Shown here in pieces: positions 39,201-50,946 of a stretch of DNA of 64,000 bases. Within the stretch, counting starts at the first letter, position 1, and every line of letters starts with the position of its first letter. Below the pieces are notes generated by a model, which did no database searches, had not been told where the DNA came from, and was given only the letters and a program-made list of their open reading frames with translations. The DNA lies in assembly GCA_977030845.1 (NCBI GenBank), contig OZ365111.1:45446001-45510000 (forward strand). The letters are read 5' to 3'. The stretch comes from Fimbriosthenelais zetlandica. Lineage: Eukaryota. The position numbers and the translations under genes are program-made.

Positions 39201-42200
39201 TTCCCTTTGTCTGATATCATCCATTCAAACCTCTTGATGCTTTTGAGACAAAAAGCCAAGCCAGCACATTCTGCAGCCGTTTCTAAAGATGGACGTTCGC
39301 TACCAATACAAATGCCAGAGGCGCAGTCAGCCAACTATTGAAAGTGGATGACGCGGGCCTTGCTCATTCCCTGTTATTTCACCCACTGAATAATGCTGAG
39401 AACAGAATGTTTCTTCAGTCATGACAGAATATCCCTTCCAGGCCCGATTTACAGATGACAAAATGGGCTCATTTTCCCTCCCCGCGCCTGTATTCTCCAA
39501 GATCAACTGGCTATAAGATAACGGCCCAATGGGCCAGCAGCTAAAAAGTAACACCCGGCGAAATCCTCTCTCTTTCTGCCTGCAACGGGCTTGAGGGCGT
39601 AAAAATGGCGCCATTGTATTGCCTCGAGGGACTATAATCAGTCAGGGAAGGTAACCCGAGAGAAGCATTGGTGAAGTACTCGTATCATATTTAAATATCA
39701 TATTTCACCAGCATTTTGTAATTCCAAAATGGGCATGTCGCGAACCGGGGAAAAACAATAATGCAGAGAATACTCCTACAACGATATGGGAAAAAACGCC
39801 CACAATGTGGAGGAAGAGGAGTATGGCAGTGAACAGAAGTAGATGAAGGAATAATTAGGAGCAATAGATTTATAATTATTGAGAAGATGTTGATAAGCAG
39901 GAGGACAAGGGCGTTATATAGGGCAGTATTCATTTGTAAAAAAAAAAAAAAAAAACTTTTCTGATGAACTTCTCTCCAAGCCTATGGCCATTATTCACTA
40001 GGAGACATCATAATTCCCCTTAGATTCTCTTAACACATTGCCGCAGCAAAGGACTTGCAAAGGAATAATACATCACCCTGATTGCTACTGAAGGGCAGTT
40101 TTTTCATGAAAAACTGATGTCTTGAGGGAGAGAGAGAGCTCTATTCTGTAATACGCCATATGTTGAGCCATGCATCTGTCTTACAGTCTGGTGATATATA
40201 CAGCCTTCCCCTTCATCATAAGTGAAACCCAGATTGATTTATTGCTTCGATATATCTCCGCACTATCTTTCTTCCAGAATGGTAGATATGCCATATAAAG
40301 GAACATTCTAGGAACCTTTCCCCCTTGCAACTCTCTAACAATATCCAATGTCACAAGGGCTTTTCAATAACAGACATTTCTGGATCATGCAGATGGCATG
40401 GTATTGAGTGACGGAAGTCTGAATGGCAGGCTCACTGTGCCTGCGACCCGGACAAGTGCAGGCAGATCACAAAGGGGCATTGAGATTTCACCAGAAAGAG
40501 ACTTTAGTATGCAGAGAGAGAAGCAAGTGATCTTAACCGAAGGCTCAACCAATGGCAGACTTGGAAATATATAACCCCTTTGACCTGAGCTCCACTCACG
40601 TTATGAATATTACAAAGCATATCCTGCTCCCGTGACACATTTGCCACAGGACCCTGGCTTATCAGCATTTTTTCATCTGCTTCAATGCTTTCCCTTGAGC
40701 GGTTGGGTCGTTGTCGGTTTTCTGGGCAAATCCCTTCACTGAGCCAGACAGGGATCAATATTGCTTTTAATGTGGGTGTGGGCAGAGCTTTCGTGACTAT
40801 CTTCAGGAGAGAACAGTCACATTTGCCACAGACGACAAAATAGTCCCGCGGGCAGAAGATCCCAAAGTGTGGGAACACGAATCGTAATCAATTGCATCTG
40901 AGTGATAAACATTTAGGGAACCTCCCTCTGAAGGTAGCTAAGCTCAGCGACCTTGAAACAGTGAGTTAAATAAGGACATGGACACTTCCACTGTCAGGGT
41001 CGATTTCTCAATATAGGATCAGATAGATGGGACGGCTTTGCTATAGGCAGGCCGAGGGGAAATTTTACAGATCGGGGAATGAATAGTGAAAGGATGTGGG
41101 CTGCTGGAAGAGGTTTATAGAGAGAGCAAACTGCTTTGATGATTCACTGAAGTGAGGACATACTGGCCATGTCTTTTTAGATAGCTTAATTAAGCTCTAA
41201 ACAAGTCTTAGAAACATGCTGCTTAATTTGTCCCATCCCAGGCGAAATCAGTCCCATCAGCAGAAGATTTGATAAGAATATTTGAGAGTTATGAAATGAC
41301 CCAAGAGTATTGAAATGACCCAAGGACCCATATTCGGATAGGGGACGGATTTCTAGTAGCATATCGTGGTGCTATACTCTTCTGTGGGTGTTTTGGGATG
41401 AGTGAGGGGTTATCTAATGTCATTAAACTCTCAGTCATGAGTGGATTCACCCCTACTGGAGCACAAAGGCACACATCTCAGGGATCAGGCCTGTCCAACA
41501 CGTACCTCGTTCAGTTTCGCAATGATTCTCCGGTGACCATTTCTTTTCGAATGAGCCACTGACGTTATGGCCGCATGTAAAAAAAATCCTTTGCCTGCAA
41601 CAAAGTTGAGGTGGCTTCATTATTGGAACATCGTGCTCATTACCATCTCATTTTATCCTCAAGGTTGCTGGATGCCCTTTAAAAAGCTTCATAGAGTCTC
41701 AATTAACAATATCTACAGACTCTTTCAAATGCAAACACTGACAATAGGTGTGGCCCGATTCCTGAGAGAGACCAGACTGGTCGTGTTGACTTGATTAATG
41801 AAATTTAAAGGAAGACCAGTGAAAAGTTCTCCCTTTTAAATTGGTCCAAGTGGGCTCTTTGTCTCCACCTGACATTCATTCAAGTCAAGAGGATCGTTTA
41901 TTCAAACGTGAAGATCTTTTTAAACGCCCACTCCTTGGATAAAATGATCCCAGTTAAAGACCACTCTTCTAGAAGCTGGTTGCTTGGCATTGGTTAACGA
42001 ACCTTTCATTCATCTATTATTATTTTCTTTTAAGTTGTTGTACGGGGAAGACTACCTCTGGGCAGCCATGTCCCAGAATGATATGGATATGAGGAAAGCA
42101 AAATGATGATACAATGATAAAATGAATCAATTCCGTGCATGCAGGCAAAGGCAGTGACTCTCTGGATTGAATATACCATCTATCTTTAGCAGAGGAACCT

Positions 42201-42849
42201 ATCAAAATTCCAAAATTCTCAAAAGAAAATCATATTAAATCCAACGCCAGGACTGGACATCCAATATCAAAGCAGAACAATTTTATGTTCTGCACAGAAT
42301 CGATCCCTGAATCAATTAAAAAAAAAAAATATATATATATAGGCAATATATAATCAGAGACAGTATCAAAGGCATATCTGACCTAGCCAGCTGTTTATCT
42401 TCACGATTAAATAGCTCCTTTTTAGTAGTGTCCTTTTCTGCTAGATTATTAGGGTACACAAACCCAGTCTCCCTGTTCAGTGATAGCCCTTCCCGGGGGC
42501 AGGATGACCGATCGATCATGAATAGAGACCATTTGACTGTGGCGATAAAGCACTCCATTGTGATTCACCATAGTTGCACAAAGCTGTCACAATCTTGGGC
42601 GTTCCCACTGCTATTGGTATAGAATATATAACCTCTCGAGCTGGAAAATGATCCCATTGAATACTGGCATCCATAGACGACACTTCCTAGATTACATTTT
42701 ACATGATTACCTCTTGATATTATTTTTGGTTGTTCCATACTAGGTGCCCACCACTAGCTACTGCTTACTTTGTTATGAAACAGGCCCCCAGATTAGTAAA
42801 TATTTGAATATCCCTTCCCAAACTTTTGTATTACCAGAATTGTTTTACT

Positions 42850-42984
42850 AATAAATACCAAAAGGTTCATGGTTTTGAAGATGCCATCCGTTCTGCCTGC
42901 AGACGTGAGATTACCAGAGCGAAGGCGGTGAGTGAGGGCTATAACGGATGACAATATTCAAAACCATGAACCTTTGGATTTATT
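42850..42984. mobile_element. 135-bp palindromic non-autonomous element
   Basis: ~40-bp arms including a perfect 19-bp AAAGGTTCATGGTTTTGAA / TTCAAAACCATGAACCTTT and an inner ATCCGTT / AACGGAT; GC-rich core containing GCGAAGGCGGTG. Confidence 0.75.
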
Positions 42985-43183
42985 TCATATTTGCCATAAA
43001 ACTGTCGTTTTCCTACCTAATGCGAGCGGGAAGAGCCGCCATCAATGGCCATGTTTGTGTGAAGCAGTATAATAAAGCCGTTTTCTGAGCGGCGTCATAA
43101 CAGACTAATCACCCATGGAATGCCAACGACATCATAACAGATTAACTATCCATGGAAAGCCAAAATGTAGACCCTAATTCCTG

Positions 43184-43256
43184 GGGCTTGTTTCATAACA
43201 AAGCTTTAGCCTATGGTTTTGAAACAGGGCAAAATGCCCTGTTTCAAAACCATAGG
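43184..43256. mobile_element. 47-bp micro-MITE fused to an inverted partial copy, giving a perfect 22-bp hairpin
   Basis: CCTATGGTTTTGAAACAGGGCA-AAA-TGCCCTGTTTCAAAACCATAGG at 43210-43256; left end CTG|GGGCTTGTTTCA. Confidence 0.75.
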
Positions 43257-46200
43257 TACTTTTAGGTACAATTTAGGTACTTAGGTCTATGTTATTTCAA
43301 TTGAAATGCTATGGTTGCGAGGACTACTTGTGGAGATCATAGAATACAGCAGACTGAATACGGATTTATCTATGGAATACGGGAATAAATATTCCACAGT
43401 TAGGGGAGAACGGAGGCCCAATGTTATTTGTGCCTGATAGCAATACATGTATCAGATTATGACATAAAGTGCAGTTTTCGCTCCTATATAATCATACAAC
43501 ACTAATGATATGCGATAATGTGTCATGGTCGTGTACGGGAATCTCTGAATCATGCTCCATATTCATCGAATCCTCCAGATTTTATCAATTTCAACTGTGC
43601 CGAGTGTAAAGCGCATGGAAGCATAAAGCCGGCAGACATCACTCCTGTTGGCCAGATTGGATCATTAGCTGCTTAGGTAACATGATTATTCTCTATATTT
43701 ACGAGGTGATATCTGCCTTTAATGCCAGCACCAAATGAATGTCTACTGCTGACGGACTCTCTAAACCTAACCAGCTAACCAAGGTCTGTGTGGGCCAGGT
43801 ATCCGGCTATACGAATGAATGATGTATTTAGCAGCACTGATGGTGGGAGACCTATAATGACAGGGAGGGCAATGAGACTAGAAATTCTTAGGAGACCCAA
43901 TCCCCAGTCAGTGACTGGGTTGCACCATGCTGCAGCAGCTTTCCCCCTTCTCTCAGATGATGGGGAGTCATCAGATTCTCTCTCTCTCCAAATGATGCTG
44001 AATCAGCGGTTTTAATCAGGGGAATGGACGCAAAATATCCTTTTGGGAAAACATTGATTTAGTGCGTTTAACACATTGCCATATCATAACTGTGTTGAAG
44101 TTAGGTAATATTTGTTTAGACTGATTGTTAATGTGATAAATAGCTGACGTTGGCATATATCGTGTTTTGGCTTGTGGCCATAGAAAGTCTTCTATCATGT
44201 AAGGCAATGAGTGCTTATAGAAGGGAGCCAGGGTATAGAGAAGCGACTTGGGAATATGGACGTCTGGAAGGGAACAGTCATACAAGCAATCTACAGGGCT
44301 TAATGTATTTCACATTCAAACATCCCCTTCACAATAATGTTTCTAAAAACTTGATGTTATCATATAATACATGTATATCAGCTCCACCTCAGGTTTAAAT
44401 AGGAAAGTAGCGATTGATTGTTGCAATGGATTTAAACAGCCTTATTCCTTTATGACCGGGCCTGCCGTAGTGTAAAGGGCCCGACCCCTTTAATCAGAAC
44501 TGTCCATCAAATTCTACTACTGTTTCCTTTATTCTTCATGGAGCTTCCTGCACAAGCCCCAGCTCAGAAAATATTGAACAAAATATATGATTCAGGCCAG
44601 CAGTTATTCAGTCTTTTCACCCATGAATCATCGATAAAACCTAGCATGTGGAAGGAAACTTGTAACCGAGCCATTTCATTTGTGAAAGTAGAAAGGCATG
44701 AGAAGAGTCCTTAAAAGCATCCATTAAATTGAAAAATTCGGCCCGGCTTAAAATGGGAGTAGATAGAGGTCTGCAGCCTTTCCATGCCTGCACTCTGCTC
44801 CCTCCCATTTGTGCTTCGGTGAGCATTGCCTTAGCCAACTCTGCTCCCTTTCCAAGCACCCCCACCCCGCCACCCAAAAAAAAGCACCGTGGAATACTCC
44901 TCCTTTTTCTAATCACTAGAAACCCTAGACTTTCAACAGCAGAGGCTGCATAAGGCCTGACTTAGCTTTCCCCTATCCGATCAGCCAACCAGCCCAGAGC
45001 TAAGTACACTGCCATAAAAAGCAGTTCCATATTTCCAGAACTTCCGGTAGGGCCCGATCAATCATCTTTTCCTTGCTCTAAGTGGATAGGCCAACAACCT
45101 GACACTAACCTCGTTCTCCCGGCGACCACTCTCTATCAAAAATTACACCCCCACTCCTCCCTGCCATAAACGTGAACAAGAGGGAGAAACTCGATACACA
45201 TTTTCTCCTCTCCGCTTCCTCAGCCTTCTCCTCTTCCGCCCACTATGGACGGCCAGCGAATTAGTTTCCTTCCCATTTGCCGGCTCCCAGCAAAGCGGAT
45301 GTGCGATTTTTACATCATATCGATATGGTTGAAGGATATCGAATCGTCTAAATGCACAGCCATGACCACTATTTCTCCCGGGGAAGCATTTATATGCTTC
45401 AGCAATAACATGTGGTAGAAAATAGAAAAGCTGTGATGGGAAAAGTTCCTTTTTATACTTTTTATACTTCCACGGCAATTGAGAACTTTAGTATCCAATA
45501 ATTGTATTGTTCCCACAATGAATTAGCTGAAAGGCTAGCTGAGGCGTAGAATTCAAGAAGTTGGGCATATCTAGGAGGAAAAATGAACTACTTGATTGCT
45601 CTCTGCAGAATAAAGAATTTGAGAATCCAATATAGCTTCCAGTTTCTAAATGTATGGGGACTCATATGAATGAAAGCTGAAGAATATGTTATGTCCATGT
45701 CTATTAATATCCCTACGTATAGAATTCATCGATAATGTAAAAAAAAACTAGAAAGGTTACCAACCAGACCGCCCAACTAAATTCTATATTCCAGCTTAAT
45801 ACATCCAGCAAGATTAATACATCCTGATTCGATCCTTTAAGTAAGATACATCGATTATAATCAGTATTAAAAACGTCCTTAAAGGAATATGCCTAGGTAT
45901 GATATGTGTCATTGCATTGCCTTGACAGCGGCAAGCTCAGTTTTCACAAAAAATGCTTGCCGCGTGGCTTCAGCGCTTGTCATGGACTTTTTGTCCGCAT
46001 TTCTCGGGGAGAAACTTAGCTCTTTGTGGCTTTGATCTCCCCCTGCGTCTTTCTGACGGGCGAGTATGACTTTTTGCTTTATTTAATTGAGTTCATTTTG
46101 ATGAGTGTCACATCCTCGATTGATCGTAGCGTCATCTGGCTATGATTGTTCTAATCAATGCATTCCTGTCTCGTGTTAATTTTTGAAAGTAGCTATCAGT

Positions 46201-47049
46201 CTTTTTTTTTCAAATCTAAGAACAAGTCGGAGACGGGAACTATGAATGCGTGCCTCTAATTTTATAATTTACTGTAATGATCGGTCCATTGCACAACCGA
46301 TTGTCGTCTATTCTCAATGGACAACAGTTGGTTGTGCAATGGGTTGATCATTTTATGATAAATGGTGGTGAATATTTGTTTAAAGGGATGCCAAACACTT
46401 GTTATAAAGTTATTTTCCCAGGTAGCTAAAAATAGTTGATTTTACTACAAATACGTATCCATTTGTCTCTGAGAAGTCTATGGACTCATGTCGCCCTTTG
46501 CAACTCGTTTCTGAGACAGGCCCCACGATAGGAACAACGTAATTCAGTGATATCGAATCATCATAAAAGGCTCCCTTTCCAGGTCCATCGACCAATCAAA
46601 AAGCCAGGCCTTGTAACTGCCTATCTAATCTTCTGATTGAGATAATTGACATTTTCTTTGCTGCAGCAGATGAGGCATTAATGTCCCCCAAAAATACCCG
46701 GATCAAATTATCCCGGGTCTCAGCATGGGGAAATTGATCCGGAGCAGTCGCCTTTCCTATTGGAGGAAACTAGATCACGTGTCTCATTGCTTTTTTCACG
46801 CACATTGGTCAAAGTGTCCAACCAACCCTGTGGATCTCATCCACTTTTTTTGTCGCCACATTTTTCAGATGGGGTTCGATCCTACATTATCTGCCAGTCT
46901 TTTATGTGGGAAATCCCTATATTAAGCCTTCTTTTGTATATATGGATTTTAAATAACATAAAATGCAGCAATCTGTCTCATCCAAGTCCCCTAAATCGAG
47001 GACAAGGCCTGTATCAGAGTCCATGGCAATACCATTTTGACTGCAGTTT

Positions 47050-47355
47050 TCCTACCAAATACATTGGCAAGAGAACCAAATACATTGGCAGGAGACATTT
47101 ATTGACAATACTTTGTTGATAAGGTACAATGGTACCAGCAGCGGGCAGGGTGTATACTGTGACAGCGAGAGGACTGACAGTAGGCGACATTTTGAGTATC
47201 TGTGACAGTCTGTGCACGACTGACAGTAGATTAGACCTACTGGATTTCCCTAATGGCAGCTAATGTCCAGTGGTATAATTGGCAGTATGGGCTACTGAAT
47301 TTGTGGGTAACAAAGGACTGTGACAGACAGGTCATGGACTGACAGTAGGCACCTG
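47050..47355. repeat. Degenerate short repeats
   Basis: ACCAAATACATTGGCA x2; GACTGACAGTAG x3; CTGTGACAG x3. Confidence 0.6.
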
Positions 47356-50300
47356 CATACAAGTATGACCACTGTCAAGTACTAGAGAGGTACTTCCTTA
47401 AGGCTTGGGCGAATAGGCCTGTATTGTAGATTTCAACCCAGACACCTCCCAATAAGGATATAATGTGGGCAAGCTATAGATAAAGTTTTATCTTTAGATA
47501 GAAGAGACAGTTATCTCCTGATAGCGGCCATAATTAATACATCAATGTCTCCCATCCCCTCCAGCTGGGTGACCACTCAGTGACACTGGTGACGATACTG
47601 ATTAGCTTTATTATCTCATATAAGACAAATGGCCACGTCTACAAGTCAAAAGTCATCAGTATTAATGACTCAAGGCAGGGAACTGGCAGTTCCACCTCCT
47701 TACGTGTTCTAATATTGATTATATGTCTTCAGAACATTTACCATTGTTTCAATCCTAGACAGTCTGACCACACAAATCACGATTAAAATGGATTTATTCC
47801 AGACTAAACAAGACTCGTTAAACCTAGTATTCCCGAGAGAAATCCAACTTTAAACTACTTTCTTCTCTTTCCGAAGGAGCAGCAAAGCTTGTTTCGTGTC
47901 CACAACATATATCAAGACTTGATAAAATATATGGAGAGGCCTTTCCTGTCCTTTCATCAATATTTGAGTGTGTCCGTAAACTGGCTGATATTTATTTGAA
48001 AAAGAACAGAGGACAAGTAATATGGACATACCAAGAAGTCCAAGAAGTAACCTTTAAAGCCAAAGGTTTGTCATTTCACATTGTCACAGGAGCTGTTGGC
48101 CACATGATGAATTTTAGTCATAAAACGAATATGATACCACTCAGATTTGTTCAGAATATTTCAGGCAGAAAATATTGTATTCTCTTGTTAAAACTTTTGC
48201 AATAAATTTTACATTATATTGTAAAGAATGGATGGAATGTGAGCACGGCAGAGCTCATAGTCATGTCTGTGAATAATTCCCTCTACAGACTCCAGTGGAT
48301 CAAAATGAATCCCTTGTATATTGGTTCAAGTCCACTTCATATTCGTATGCCAGATCACAATTCCCGCATTGCGACCTTCATTCCCTTTATCATATTATAC
48401 TCCCTCAATGTAAGGACGAGATAAACCTGCGCTGTGTGAGGAGGCATGCATTATAAGGATTGCAATGTCTACACAGTCTTGATGCGGAGACAAATGAAAG
48501 CATTATGGGAGCTGACAACCATAAATCTTGAAGGGCATTCTAGTTCCAAGTCCTAACAACATAACGGTCATGTGTAGGGACGCACTTGGCAGTTAGTTAT
48601 AGATCTTCTAACAATGATTGCTTTATCTGTAAGTGGAGAGGGCAGCAACTGTCCCCTTCTCATATCCATCATTATAGTGCATAAGGGGCCTGTTTCATAA
48701 TAAGAATGCGCTGAGCCAAGGTTCGGTTTGAGCTAATGCAATGCATTATGATCCCCAACTGGGGCAAATCTATTTCACAGGTCTGCGTATGTACAGACAT
48801 TCGTCCACTGATATTCATGAAATACGGCATATGGCGCAGGCATGTTTCATATCAAGGATGCACAAAGCCAATAAGCCATAGGTGTGGGCATTTCTTAAAA
48901 ATGCACTAAAAAAATACACTATTTAAAAAACAGGCCTGGCTAGGCCTGTTGAAAATCAATTTAAACTAAGTGAATAGAAAAGAAGTACTTTTTGACAAAC
49001 TGCATGGATTAACTTCTTATTGTTAGGATATATATCTGCCTTTACTTTCTAATTGGATTGTCTGCCTCCCCACGATGCTGTGCAACAATTTTGAGCTCGT
49101 TTAGACTAAATTGGAATTTCTGGCATGGCAAATAGGTCTCAGATGGCTGGCAGTAATGTCCACTAACTGCATCTTCATCATATCAAAATAACATTTTTGG
49201 ACATGCTACTCTGGCACAAATGCTAAATATAACATTAGTCAATAGTAAATTTATGGGAAGTGGGTATCCTGAATTCTCCTTATTCGGGCTTCTAATTTGC
49301 AACATAATGCAAAACGAATTCATGAATGTAGATGAGTACAAAAGCCCCAACAACCTGAATGTCAAAGGCGTTCATTCCACTAATGTGTGGCAACATTTTA
49401 TTTGGCTAACCGTGTAAGAAAATGGATTTGCACTTTCAATTCATTTTACTTGTTATTTTTTAACTTAGAGGGATTTGCTTGCGGAACAAATCAACACAGA
49501 TCCATCTTCTGAAATCAATCGAACTTGTGTTACGATTATCATTGCTGCTTGGAAGCTCAGCAAAAGCTAATTTTTCACTTCAATACCCTTAATTAACCAC
49601 TGTCTGATTAGCCACCAGTTCCCTTATTAGCTAATCCCATATTAAAGCCAAGACCCTTTCAAAACTTTAATTGGTCTCTGGCAATGTATTTGGCCAAAAT
49701 AATAGATTGGATTCTTCGAGAAGCTTTTGTTAGGAATACCAATCCTGCGAGGAGGCTGCAGGACATGTCATTAAATATCGCAAGTCCTGGCCCATTCACC
49801 GAGGTTTTCCCTTTCCCACTGGCTATATGGGTTTTGCAAGCATGGTATCAGGAACAGCAAAGGCAGTATAAGATATTTTTTGGCTGGGATAGCACATCAT
49901 TGGAAGGAATTTATTGAGTGTACCAAAGCTGCTAATACCTTCTTCGCTTTAATGTAAGGATGGGACCATTAGAATTGATTGGCCGCCGTCTGGAACCAAA
50001 GGAAACACCTCTCTGTGGCTTGGAGATAAAATGGTTATCGATCGTCTAAATTAAAAACTTCACATTTCCCAGAAAACGCTGACAGTATTTCTTCGATTGG
50101 GCTTTGATTTGGGAAAATTACTTGGTTTGTTGTTGAAGCCATTGCTGCTAAACTTTTGCATGCCACCCATGGGATATGAAATGTTTTACTTGAAAATCTT
50201 TTTTAAGGCATCTATAGTATATATACTCGTTGTGGTAGAGTATCATGCGACATACAAACTAGACCTAAAACCATTAATGACTTTAAGTGGTAGGACGTCT

Positions 50301-50797
50301 CAGAGGATGCTTTTACCATTTTCTTTATTTTAATGAGTTTATTACATGCTTCTAGCCCAGTATGACCAAATAAGGAAGGCCATCCCTGAAAACGTGTGAA
50401 ATGCAATTGGCGGGGAGCTTCAATAACTTGTGCACTGTCAGCAGTTTACTTCTTACTGAGGTAAATTGTAAAGAAACTATATCACCATTGCCAGCCATGT
50501 ACGAAGCACTCCCTCTATACAAGTGATGTGAAAGTGGCAGAAGGGATTTCAATTAAACATCCAAGTCTACACTATGCTGAAAAATGCACTATCTAAGGCC
50601 TTGACAAAAGAATGTTCAGCCTTTGTTTCCTCGTGCTTAATTGAAGTAAGATATTAAACTGGGCTTTTATCCGCGTACATGCTGAACGTTCTCGTAATAT
50701 TTTTATTGTAATATGCAATTTCATTTTAGATTTATTCCTTATGGCAACTGTAATATTGTACAAATTTTTTTTTAAAAAAGCGCTAGATCACAAGAAA

Positions 50798-50946
50798 CAG
50801 ATCCAGGAAGGGGGAGGGGGTGCAGGTGGATAAGGGGTAGATATATAGGTCCAGCCTTGTGGTAAAACAATTATTTGAGCGACAACTTAAGAAATAATTT
50901 TTGAAATGGGGGCTGACCCAATGGACGACCCCCTGGGCCCGCCCTT
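50798..50946. mobile_element. Degenerate Harbinger-type MITE remnant
   Basis: Left (C)AGATCCAGGAAGGGGG and right CCCCTGGGCCCGCCCT resemble GGGCGGATCCAGG-type termini. Confidence 0.35.

Noticed and set aside
43769-43781. 13-nt complement to the 3' part of miR-34
   Set aside because: The seed region is absent and there is no hairpin.
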